A DNA stretch of 64,000 nucleotides. It comes from an uncultured Gemmatimonadales bacterium. GTDB lineage: Bacteria; Gemmatimonadota; Gemmatimonadetes; Gemmatimonadales; Gemmatimonadaceae. The notes beneath the pieces are model-generated. The model ran no database searches, was not told the origin of the DNA, and saw only the letters and a list, made by a program, of their open reading frames with translations. Below, piece after piece: positions 31,207-39,702 of this stretch. How positions within the stretch are numbered: the first letter of the stretch is position 1; the number at the start of each line of letters is the position of its first letter. Both the position numbers and the translations under genes were made by a program. The DNA lies in assembly GCA_963793305.1 (NCBI GenBank), contig CAWBZV010000003.1, positions 928,001 to 992,000 on the forward strand, written 5' to 3'.

Positions 31207-31608
31207 ATGAAGTACATGCTGATGATGAACGCCCCGCGGGGCACCGGCGACTACCAGATAAACGAGTGGCCTCGCGCGGACATCCAGGCGCACATCGATT
31301 TCATGAAGCGTCTCAACAAGGACCTTCATGCCGCTGGCGAGTTCGTGGCGGGCGAGGGATTGACGCCGCCGGGCCAGGCAAAGCTGGTTCGCGCGGGGAA
31401 GAACGGCGCTCCGGTCGTCACCGATGGTCCGTTCGCTGAGGCGAAAGAGTTCCTGGCGGGATATTGGATCGTGGACGTGGACACGCCGCAGCGGGCCTAC
31501 GCCATCGCGGCGCGTGCCTCTACGGCGCCCGGACCCGGTGGTGTCCCGCTCAACCTCGTGCTCGAGGTGCGTGAGGTCATGAGCGTGCCGCCGCCGTTCG
31601 ACGGATGA
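31207..31608 (+). CDS. YciI/DGPF family protein
   Basis: MKYMLMM...VTDGPFAEAKEFLAGYWIVDV. Confidence 0.92.
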   Translation: MKYMLMMNAPRGTGDYQINEWPRADIQAHIDFMKRLNKDLHAAGEFVAGEGLTPPGQAKLVRAGKNGAPVVTDGPFAEAKEFLAGYWIVDVDTPQRAYAIAARASTAPGPGGVPLNLVLEVREVMSVPPPFDG

Positions 31609-32819
31609 CGGCCTCGGAGGACCTGCTGCGCGTACTCGCGCCGCAGGTCCTCGGCGCGGTCGTCCGGCGATTCGGGGATTTTGCCGCGGCCGAGGATGCG
31701 GTCCAGGAGGCGCTGTTCGCGGCGACCGTGCGATGGCCGGAGCTCGGCGTGCCCGACGATCCGCGCGCGTGGTTGATCCAGGTGGCGGCCCGGCGTCTGA
31801 CTGACCAGCTGCGCGCCGACCTGGCGCGGCGGCGGCGCGAGGCGATCGTCGTGGCCGAGCAACTGGACGTGGCGCCCGCGGTAAGCGAGCACGATGACAC
31901 GCTCGTCCTTCTCTTCATGTGCTGTCATCCGGCGCTCACTCCATCGTCCGCCATCGCCCTGACGCTGCGCGCCGTCGGAGGTCTCACGACCGCCGAGATC
32001 GCCAATGCGTTCCTGGTGCCGGAGGCGACCATGGCCCAGCGGGTCAGCCGCGCCAAGGAGCGCATCCGATCGTCCGGTGTCGCGTTTCGTCTGCCGGCGC
32101 CGGACGAACGGCGAGCGCGATTGAGTGCCGTCTTGCACGTGCTCTATCTCATCTTCAGCGAAGGGTACGTCGCGAGCGTCGGCGAAGACTTGCAGCGTCG
32201 CGACCTGGCGAACGAGGCCATCCGCCTCACCCGCGCGCTCCACCACGCGCTGCCGCAGGATGGCGAGGTCGCGGGGTTGCTGGCGCTCATGCTCCTCACC
32301 GACGCGCGGCGCATGGCACGCACGGGCCCTCATGGCGAGCTCGTTCCACTCGCCGAGCAGGATCGCACGCTGTGGGATCGGCGCGCGATCGCCGAGGGCG
32401 TCGCGCTGATCACCGAGACGCTGTCTATGGGCTCGATCGGCGCGTATCAGTTGCAAGCCGCGATCGCGGCGGTGCATGATGAGGCAGCGTGCGCCGAGGA
32501 CACGGACTGGCAAGACATCCTGGCGCTCTATGGCGTGCTCCGGCGCCTGTCGGACAACCCGATGGTCGAGCTCAATCACGCGATCGCCGCGGCGATGGTC
32601 CACGGCCCTGGCGTCGGCCTCGATCTGCTGAACGCCATCGAGGGCCTGGCGGGCCACCATCGCCTCGACGCGGTTCGTGCGCATCTCTTCGAGATGGCCG
32701 GCGAGCGCGAGTCGGCCGTCGAGCACTATTTACGCGCCGCGAGCAAGACGACGAGCATCCCTGAGCGCATTTACCTCACGACCAAAGCCGCCGAACTTCG
32801 GGATCGCACGCGCCCGTGA
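31605..32819 (+). CDS. ECF sigma factor with C-terminal TPR extension (ECF42-like)
   Basis: AEDAVQEA, LLFMCCHPAL, YQLQAAIAAVH; coupled to yciI. Confidence 0.92.
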   Translation: MTASEDLLRVLAPQVLGAVVRRFGDFAAAEDAVQEALFAATVRWPELGVPDDPRAWLIQVAARRLTDQLRADLARRRREAIVVAEQLDVAPAVSEHDDTLVLLFMCCHPALTPSSAIALTLRAVGGLTTAEIANAFLVPEATMAQRVSRAKERIRSSGVAFRLPAPDERRARLSAVLHVLYLIFSEGYVASVGEDLQRRDLANEAIRLTRALHHALPQDGEVAGLLALMLLTDARRMARTGPHGELVPLAEQDRTLWDRRAIAEGVALITETLSMGSIGAYQLQAAIAAVHDEAACAEDTDWQDILALYGVLRRLSDNPMVELNHAIAAAMVHGPGVGLDLLNAIEGLAGHHRLDAVRAHLFEMAGERESAVEHYLRAASKTTSIPERIYLTTKAAELRDRTRP

Positions 32820-32910
32820 TTCCATCAGGCTCTACAATAGTTGAGTTGCGATTCGACGCTGGCGAGTTCATCGTGTGCGGGATTCCTCGACCGCAAACGG
32901 AGCTACAGCG

Positions 32911-33474
32911 ATGAACAGAAGAAGCATGCTGGTCAGCGTGACCACTACGGTAGCGCTCGCCGTCCTAGCTTGCCAGGCTGCGAGCCCCTCGCAAGATCCC
33001 AAGTACGCCCTCACAATCCCGAATGGGCTCGCGTTCTCCGAGTTCGAGGGATACGAAAGCTGGCAGACCATTGCTGTCAGTCACAACGGAGATAAGCTCG
33101 CCGTCATCCTCGGGAATCCCACGATGATCGAGGCGTACAAAGCCGGTATTCCCGGTAACGGCAAGCCATTCCCCGACGGCGCCAAGATGGTGAAGGTCCA
33201 TTGGAACATAGCGAAGGCCGACTCCGAGCCTGGTCAACCGCTGGTGCCGGTTAGCCAACATGACGTTGATCTGATGGTGAAGGACAGCAAGCGATTCGCC
33301 GACGGCGGCGGATGGGGATACGGTACGTTTGACTATGACCCCACGTCCAATACGTTCAAGCCCGGCACGACTGCGGATATCCCGCCGCAGGGGAACGACG
33401 CCAAGTGCGGGTTCACGTGCCACACGCTCGTCAAGGCGAAGGACTACGTGTTCACGAAGTATCAGACACGGTGA
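32911..33474 (+). CDS. Cytochrome P460 / c'-beta family protein
   Basis: Signal; GKPFPDGAKMVK, MVKDSKRF..GGWGY, C-terminal CGFTCH..KDYVF. Confidence 0.85.
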   Translation: MNRRSMLVSVTTTVALAVLACQAASPSQDPKYALTIPNGLAFSEFEGYESWQTIAVSHNGDKLAVILGNPTMIEAYKAGIPGNGKPFPDGAKMVKVHWNIAKADSEPGQPLVPVSQHDVDLMVKDSKRFADGGGWGYGTFDYDPTSNTFKPGTTADIPPQGNDAKCGFTCHTLVKAKDYVFTKYQTR

Positions 33475-33479
33475 CGTCA

Positions 33480-33929
33480 ATGGACCCCGTACAAGTCGAA
33501 CAGAAAAGCTATGAGATGCCCCCGCACGAGGGGTTCTCCGTCGCCTATTTTCTCACCGTCGCCGACATTGAGCGATCGGCTCGCTTCTATGAAACGGTCT
33601 TCGGCGGTCGCATTCTGAGCAAGGGCGACAAGAGCGGCGCGCCCGGGTACATCCAGATCGCCAACATGTGGCTCCTGGTGAACGTCGGTGGCGGGCCGAC
33701 CCCCGACAAGCCGACGGTGACGCTCAGCGTCACCGACCCGAATAAGATCAGCAGCTTTATGAATATCCGCGTCGCGGACATTCACGCGTGCTATAAACTC
33801 TGGAAAAGTCGGGGAGCCGAGTTCATCACGGAGCCTATCCCGAAGTACGGCGAGATCCGCTGCTACATCCGCGATCCTGATGGCTATATCATCGAGGTCG
33901 GACAGAGCACCGATCTCACGTACGGGTAA
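33480..33929 (+). CDS. VOC/glyoxalase family protein (copy 1)
   Basis: LTVADIERSARFYETVFGG...YIRDPDGYIIEV. Confidence 0.9.
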   Translation: MDPVQVEQKSYEMPPHEGFSVAYFLTVADIERSARFYETVFGGRILSKGDKSGAPGYIQIANMWLLVNVGGGPTPDKPTVTLSVTDPNKISSFMNIRVADIHACYKLWKSRGAEFITEPIPKYGEIRCYIRDPDGYIIEVGQSTDLTYG

Positions 33930-33932
33930 CGC

Positions 33933-34355
33933 GTGGCGCTGCACTATGAGATGCCCCCGCACGCCGGGTTCACCGTCACATATTTTATCACCGTCGCTGA
34001 CATTGATCGATCGGCCGATTTCTATGCAAGGGTCTTCGGTGGCCGCATTCTGAGCAGAGGCGATAGCAAGGGTGCGTCTGGGCACATTCAGATCGCGAAT
34101 ACGTGGCTCATCGTGAACGTCGGGGGCGGGCCGACGCCCGACAAGCCGACGGTAACGCTAAGCGTCACCGACCCGAATAAGATCAGCAGCTTTATGAATA
34201 TCCGCGTCGCGGACATTCATGCGTGCTACAAACTCTGGAAAAGTCGGGGAGCCGAGTTCATCACCGAGCCTATCCCCAAGTACGGCGAGATTCGCTGCTA
34301 CATCCGCGATCCTGATGGCTATATAATCGAGGTCGGACAAAGCACCTCCGGATAA
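33933..34355 (+). CDS. VOC/glyoxalase family protein (tandem copy 2)
   Basis: Near-identical 3' half to copy 1 (offset 435 bp). Confidence 0.88.
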   Translation: MALHYEMPPHAGFTVTYFITVADIDRSADFYARVFGGRILSRGDSKGASGHIQIANTWLIVNVGGGPTPDKPTVTLSVTDPNKISSFMNIRVADIHACYKLWKSRGAEFITEPIPKYGEIRCYIRDPDGYIIEVGQSTSG

Positions 34356-35169
34356 GCCCCTGGTGTAGCACGCCCGATCTCTCGAGCATCGCCAATTGGT
34401 CACCGTCGTGACTCACGACGACCGCCACACCGGCCTGCTCGGCGGCGTGGAGCCACTTGAGCTCTCCAGCGATCGGGCCGCGATCCTCGCGAATGGAGTC
34501 GGGCTTCTGGGTTTCCGTCTCGATGCCGAAGCGATGCCAGGCCACGTCGCCCGCGAGAATGACTTCTCTCCCGGACGCGAGCTGGACGTAAATCACTTGG
34601 GATCCCGGCGTATGCCCCGGCGCCTTGATCAGCACGACGCCGGGGGCGATCGGCAGTACGTGGTCGTAGTCGACGACGATGTAGCGGTCCACCTTCGTCG
34701 AGTCGAGCGTGGTGATGAGCCGCGCGTGGGTCAGCATGTCGACTTGCTGGCGCGTGAGCATCGTGTGCGGCGCGAGTTCGTCCGACACTGCCGATCGCAC
34801 GACCGTGGCGGCGTGGTCGTAGTGCTCGTGCGTGATGACGATCAGGCTCGCGGCGCGAAGTGCCGCCACCGCGCTCGCGTACGCCTCATCGAGAAACACG
34901 CCCTTGTCACCGGCGCGGCGCGCCGTCTCGCGATCCATACCGGCATCCACCATGATCCAGCCATGCGGAAAACACACCTGGAATACCGGAGTTGGATTCG
35001 CGACCTTCGTCTTGGCGGCGTTCGCGCCCAAATCCGATAGGGGCGCCGAGTCGGCTTCCAGAATGCGATAGCCGATCCAGGTCGGAAGATCGCCCGGAAT
35101 CGCGTGCGCCACCGCACGCGCGGCCGCGAGTTGAAGGAGCAGGGAAAGTATGTGCGACACGTTGGCCAC
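34270..35169 (-). CDS. MBL-fold metallo-hydrolase
   Basis: MVDAG, ITHEHYDH, APGHTPGS, LAGD, VSHD; the 3' end runs into VOC copy 2; start approximate. Confidence 0.8.
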   Translation of the reverse strand: MANVSHILSLLLQLAAARAVAHAIPGDLPTWIGYRILEADSAPLSDLGANAAKTKVANPTPVFQVCFPHGWIMVDAGMDRETARRAGDKGVFLDEAYASAVAALRAASLIVITHEHYDHAATVVRSAVSDELAPHTMLTRQQVDMLTHARLITTLDSTKVDRYIVVDYDHVLPIAPGVVLIKAPGHTPGSQVIYVQLASGREVILAGDVAWHRFGIETETQKPDSIREDRGPIAGELKWLHAAEQAGVAVVVSHDGDQLAMLERSGVLHQGLIRRCFVRPRLYSHQDRGCSSESRRTWG

Positions 35170-35174
35170 GTTTC

Positions 35175-36004
35175 TCAAGGTAGTAGAACGTCGACAACCG
35201 AGCGCCGCGGACCGGCTGGCGCCGGCGCGAGCGGATAGCCCATCCGGAACATGAACGTCGGCTCCCACGTCGCGTCGCCCGTCAGCTCGGCCAGCCGCGC
35301 CTCGGCCCGCGGCGGGCGACGAAGGCGTTGCTCGCGGTCGATGAGCTCGATGGCTTCGTTGATTGGACGCGCGGCGACGCCGTGCACCGTCGCCGTGAGG
35401 TGGAGTTGTTGCCACGCCCTCCCGGCGCGCAGCGTTTGTGCGCGGTCGTGCCGGTCGCGGACGGCGATCACTCCGAAGATCGTGGTGGCCTCCAGGCAGT
35501 GTCGTACGGGGTTCGGTTCGTGTGCCGGTGCGGAATGGCGGTATAGAGCGGGCTTACGTCACGCGGCCCCGGCGACAGGGTCACGCGGACAACGAGGTCG
35601 GGCGTGGGATCCAATGGAATGAGTCCCAGCGTTCCCTCGGAGAGCCAGACCGACGGCGCAAAGCCTTCTGCGCGCGCGGCCAACACGACATTTTCGAGCG
35701 CGCAGCCGAGGCCGAGATGAGCCTCGCGCAGGTACGGATCGAGTGCGCCAGTGTTGCGTTTCGTGTCGAGGTACAGCTCGATCCAGGTGTCGGCCACACG
35801 GAAGAGCCACGGCTGCGAGTTGTGAGGACTCGGCGCCAGAATGGCCGCGCCGATGATCGGCTCCTGACGCCACGTGTGCCACGGTTCGTAGGCGGGGCCT
35901 TGGCCGGTGCTGAAGACACCTTGATCGAGAGCGCGCCAGACACCGCCGCCCGCGACGAGCACGGTGGCAACGCCCGCCTGCGTGAAAAATGCTCGACGGT
36001 CCAT
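35175..36004 (-). pseudogene. Acg-family FMN-binding nitroreductase with Tat signal, internally deleted
   Basis: MDRRAFF; LAPSPHNSQPW; LGCALEN; RHTNR is joined out of frame almost directly to the C-terminal IFGVIAVRD..AGRAWQQLHL..FRMGY..PRR. Confidence 0.75.
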
Positions 36005-36114
36005 GCCGCCAGAGTACCGAACGCATGGACCGTCGGGGGAGCCCGAAGGGACGAGCCGGCCGCACAGGGGGGCGACCGTGACCCCGCGCCAGGCTCGGTG
36101 GTCACGACGTAGAT

Positions 36115-36654
36115 ATGATGAGTGGTCGGCTTGGCGTGATCAGGTACGGATGCGCGCTTGCCCTTGCGGCGAGCGGGCTCCAGCCGCTCGCCGCCCAGTC
36201 AGCCGCGGATTCGGTGCAGGCCGCCACGTTGGAGAAACTCAAGGCGGTGATCGCCACCTACGAGCCGGCGCGAGAGATCCGCTGGTATCGAGCGAGCAGT
36301 CCGTTCGACCTGGACGGCTTCTCCGACAAGTCACTCCATTGGTCGTCGCGCTTGGAGATCTACATCACCGTCACGCGTCAGGCGACGATCTGGTTGCGCG
36401 TGTACCCGCAGTACTACGGACACCACATCAACCTGAACCGGGTCCACGACCCCAATGGGTTGATGCAGCAGATGCTGCGGTTCTCGTATCACAACTTCTT
36501 CTTCTGGGGACTGGACGACAATCGGGATGCGTTCGCGGGTTACCAGTTCACACTGGAATCGGGCTTTCCCGAAGCGGCGGTGAAAGAAGTGATCAAGAGC
36601 ATCCCGTTGATCGATGGATCAGTCGGTGATCTCACGCCGTTCATCCTGCGGTAG
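36115..36654 (+). CDS. Exported hypothetical protein, possibly YbjN-like fold
   Basis: Signal peptide; C-terminal FFWGLDDNRDAFAGYQFTLESG pattern resembling YbjN. Confidence 0.55.
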   Translation: MMSGRLGVIRYGCALALAASGLQPLAAQSAADSVQAATLEKLKAVIATYEPAREIRWYRASSPFDLDGFSDKSLHWSSRLEIYITVTRQATIWLRVYPQYYGHHINLNRVHDPNGLMQQMLRFSYHNFFFWGLDDNRDAFAGYQFTLESGFPEAAVKEVIKSIPLIDGSVGDLTPFILR

Positions 36655-37563
36655 GTGGCGGAAGCGCTCGATCGCCAGCTGGAGCTCGGCGAATGTCTCC
36701 GTCTCGCGGATGCGATCGAGATAGAGATTGCGTTCGACGACACCGTTCAGGCGAAACGCCCAGTAGAGCGCCATGAGCGGAGTGATCGCGAGCGTGCTGC
36801 CGCTGGTACGCGCGGTCGCATGATAGTCGCCGAACTCTCCGCGGATCGCCGAGATCACCGAGGTATTCACGATACTCGTCGAGAACCGATCGCGGAGCGC
36901 GAATGCCACGGCACTCTCGTAGTCCTCGACGTCCGTCGTCCCCGCAACGAGCGACCACGCGCCGAGGAAGTCCCCGCGCTTCGCGAGCGCGGCGATCGCC
37001 GCGAGCACGGAGGTGTCGGTGATGCCGTGGAACGTCTCGACGCCGAGTCCGACGGAGACGAGTATCTTGACCGCCACCGGGAGGTTCGCCGCCGCCGCGA
37101 GGCTCGCGGCATCTTCCTCCGGAGTACCAAGCCGCGGCTCGTCACCGCGCAACAGGCAGTCCGTGCCACCGTCGACCAGCACGACCGCGTCGAGACGAAG
37201 GAGTTCGGCGAGCGCCGCGTAGGCCTCCCGAAGAGGCTTGGCGCCCGTGCGGTCGAAGCAGTAGATCGGCACATCCTGCTCGCGCTTGGCGAACCAGCGA
37301 GCGAGTTGCAGCTCGGGGAAATTCGACCCCTGAGCCGCCGTACCGGCGGTCACACGCACCAACGCAGGTCCTAGTACCCTAGCCGTTGACCCGAACGGCG
37401 TGGATGACAAACTCGCCAGATGCACGGCCTTGCCCGCGCGGCGCAATGCTCCATACAGCGGCAGCGCCGCGAAGACATCGGCGCCACCTCCGGCGCCGGC
37501 GAGCAGCACGCTCTGCGTCGGTGCAAGCGCGGTGATGATCGGAAGTTGGAAGTCGAGCGTCAT
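36619..37563 (-). CDS. DUF1152 family protein
   Basis: LAGAGGGADVF, LVDGGTDCLLRGDE..LGTPEED, SIVN..V..AIRGEFGD. Confidence 0.85.
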   Translation of the reverse strand: MTLDFQLPIITALAPTQSVLLAGAGGGADVFAALPLYGALRRAGKAVHLASLSSTPFGSTARVLGPALVRVTAGTAAQGSNFPELQLARWFAKREQDVPIYCFDRTGAKPLREAYAALAELLRLDAVVLVDGGTDCLLRGDEPRLGTPEEDAASLAAAANLPVAVKILVSVGLGVETFHGITDTSVLAAIAALAKRGDFLGAWSLVAGTTDVEDYESAVAFALRDRFSTSIVNTSVISAIRGEFGDYHATARTSGSTLAITPLMALYWAFRLNGVVERNLYLDRIRETETFAELQLAIERFRHLPQDERREITD

Positions 37564-37574
37564 GGTGTCGTGTC

Positions 37575-37610
37575 TGTTAGTCTACACCCATGCGATTGGG
37601 GAGCGCAGCG
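37575..37610 (+). repeat. 36-bp direct repeat, copy 1 (extended -10 + ATG + 7 codons)
   Basis: TGTTAGTCTACACCCATGCGATTGGGGAGCGCAGCG; 35/36 identical to 39667-39702. Confidence 0.92.
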
Positions 37611-37612
37611 TG

Positions 37613-38131
37613 ATGGCAGACAGCCCTTGGCGATGCGAGGTATGCGGTGTCGTTCACAGCGACTCCGTCGCGGCACTCGGTGCTGATGCTCCGCAATACT
37701 GGTATGACCTTCCGCCCACGGAGCGGTCGCGGCGCGCTGAGCTGTCGTCGGATCAGTGCCTTATCGATGATCAACACTTCTTTGTGCTCGGGCGATTGTT
37801 GCTGCCCGTCATCAACGAAGAGGAGGCTTTCGAGCTATTAGTGTGGGTTTCACTGAGTCCTCAGAACTTTCGTAGAATGAGCGAGCTCTGGACCACACCG
37901 GGTCGCGAGGGGGAACCGGCGTACTTTGGATGGTTCAGCAGCCGCCTCCCGGGATTGCCGGAGACCATGAATTTGAAATGCCACGTGCACACGATGCCGG
38001 TGGGCGAACGGCCAAGTGTCGAATTGGAGCCGTCGGCGCATCCGCTCGCGCTCGCTCAGCGAGATGGGCTTACGCGGCCGCAATTGCAATCGCTGATTGC
38101 CCTCCTCATGCATCCACAAACCGAGGTGTGA
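37613..38131 (+). CDS. DUF2199 family protein
   Basis: CEVCGVVH, LSSDQCLID..HFFV, VWVSLS..NF, YFGWF, GERP. Confidence 0.88.
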   Translation: MADSPWRCEVCGVVHSDSVAALGADAPQYWYDLPPTERSRRAELSSDQCLIDDQHFFVLGRLLLPVINEEEAFELLVWVSLSPQNFRRMSELWTTPGREGEPAYFGWFSSRLPGLPETMNLKCHVHTMPVGERPSVELEPSAHPLALAQRDGLTRPQLQSLIALLMHPQTEV

Positions 38132-38141
38132 GAGCGAGATC

Positions 38142-38352
38142 ATGCGATCGGTATTCGTACTCCATCATCTGCACGATGTACAGCTCGGTCGAATCTGCGC
38201 ACACGGCTGTAGAACGGCTACGCGTTCAGCCCGGGTTCTCCGATCATCCACGGATTGTGGATCCGCTGAAAGATGACGACGTGCAAGGCTTTGAGATCGA
38301 CGAGTATCCACTCGATAAGGATCGCTGGTCAGAGGGCTATCTGACTACGTGA
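38142..38352 (+). pseudogene. Small conserved protein (YSS..A..A..RL..QPGF..GF.IDEY.LD..W.EG family) with 5' frameshifting deletion
   Basis: MRSVFVLHHLHD is in one frame and YSSVESAHTAVERLRVQPGF...GFEIDEYPLDKDRWSEGY in another; the linker segment appears to be missing. Confidence 0.55.
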
Positions 38353-38361
38353 TCGCTCGCG

Positions 38362-39459
38362 CTACCGTCTCCGCTTTTTATTCGGCGGTGGCTTGGATTC
38401 GTCGTCGCTGTCTTCGCCGCCGCCGTCCCGCTCGTAGCTGCTGTCACTATCCTCGCCGTCACTCTCGGCGCTATCGTCCCGCGGGCGTTTTGGGTTCCGG
38501 ACCGGCGGCGGTTGCCAGCGTACGGGGCGATCCTGGGGGAGTGGCATGAAGTCATTGAGAATCTGCCAAATGACGTCGCCACCCTCGCGTTCGCCGTGCG
38601 CGTAGTCGAACAGCCGCGCGTAGAGATCGATCGCGGCGCGGTTTTGCTCGCGAAATCCTGCCTCGGCGTTCAGATCGAGCGCAAGACTATCGGCAACGGA
38701 CGAGAGAAGCTCCGCCACCCGGGTGACGTCATCCATGCGAGGACCGTAGTGTGAGTCGGACCCCGGCAAGGTTTCCTCGGCTAGTCCCAGTGATCGGACC
38801 GCTCGTTGCGCCAACGGTCCGGTCGACTGCACCATTTCGATGATGTCCAGAAGCTTCTCTGTCCGCACCTCCGCGTGCATCCCTCTCCGCAGCGCCCAGA
38901 GACGTTCCACCGCCTTCCGAATCGTTTTGTACGGCGACTCGCCCTGCTCGACCAGCATCAACCGCTTGACATTCAAAACGTCTCTGCGCAGAAACCCAAT
39001 CACCGTATTCTCCGGACCCGGACCGGGCCACAGGTTCACGCCGTTGCTGAAAATGAGCCGGGCGACGACCTCGAGCAGCCGGCACATGTGCTCGATGTTG
39101 TCCGGGTCGCGGATGTTGGCGACTGCCACACCGTACCGGGTCGCGAACCCCCTCAACCGGGTATGCAGGATGTGTAACTGGCGGGTCTCGGCGTAAAAGT
39201 TGGCTGCGCGGCAGAGCGTAGCCAGCAGCAGATGCGAGGGGAGAATGTGGCGCCGATGGTTGCCGGCGCCGGGATACAACCCGTTGGCCGTCGGCGTGAA
39301 CGCCGGGCGCCCCTCGTAGTCGAACTCGTCGAATTCGTCGTTCCAATCGAAGCCGAAGTTCGCCGCGGGCCTGAAGGCCGAACCATCACCGGCGGGTGGG
39401 CGTCTCCCAGCACCGGAGATGTCGGGCGCGCGGCGGGTGGGATCCGGGGATTCCGACAT
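38362..39459 (-). CDS. Hypothetical protein; putative HNH-like domain and C-terminal acidic/basic NLS-like tail
   Basis: 365-aa ORF with GC-ending codons; HRRHILP...SNGVNLWPGPGPEN; tail NPKRPR-(D/E/S-rich)-PPPNKKRRR. Confidence 0.7.
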   Translation of the reverse strand: MSESPDPTRRAPDISGAGRRPPAGDGSAFRPAANFGFDWNDEFDEFDYEGRPAFTPTANGLYPGAGNHRRHILPSHLLLATLCRAANFYAETRQLHILHTRLRGFATRYGVAVANIRDPDNIEHMCRLLEVVARLIFSNGVNLWPGPGPENTVIGFLRRDVLNVKRLMLVEQGESPYKTIRKAVERLWALRRGMHAEVRTEKLLDIIEMVQSTGPLAQRAVRSLGLAEETLPGSDSHYGPRMDDVTRVAELLSSVADSLALDLNAEAGFREQNRAAIDLYARLFDYAHGEREGGDVIWQILNDFMPLPQDRPVRWQPPPVRNPKRPRDDSAESDGEDSDSSYERDGGGEDSDDESKPPPNKKRRR

Positions 39460-39666
39460 GGTGCGACGTTATGGAGACCCGAACACGTACGCAAGGAGTC
39501 TGAATGCCGTGTTGGCCGAGACCGGTCGGCTATCCTCCACGCGCTCGCGGCCCCAGGTCACGATGCGCAGTCGCATGATGTTGCGAATGGCATCGTCGTC
39601 ACCGGACCTTTCGAATAGCTGTCGAACGGTCAAAATGTTGAGTTGAACGGCAGAATTCGCCGAGCG

Positions 39667-39702
39667 TGTTACTCTACACCCATGCGATTGGGGAGCGCAG
39701 CG
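39667..39702 (+). repeat. 36-bp direct repeat, copy 2
   Basis: TGTTACTCTACACCCATGCGATTGGGGAGCGCAGCG; contains the start of the 39682 gene. Confidence 0.92.

Noticed and set aside
39469..39660. Small ORFs between the 365-aa gene and repeat copy 2
   Set aside because: No convincing start, RBS or family motif on either strand.
37575..39702. 36-bp repeat as a CRISPR repeat or integron attC
   Set aside because: Only two copies 2.1 kb apart, no cas or intI gene, no GTTRRRY/RYYYAAC pairing or attC-like hairpin.
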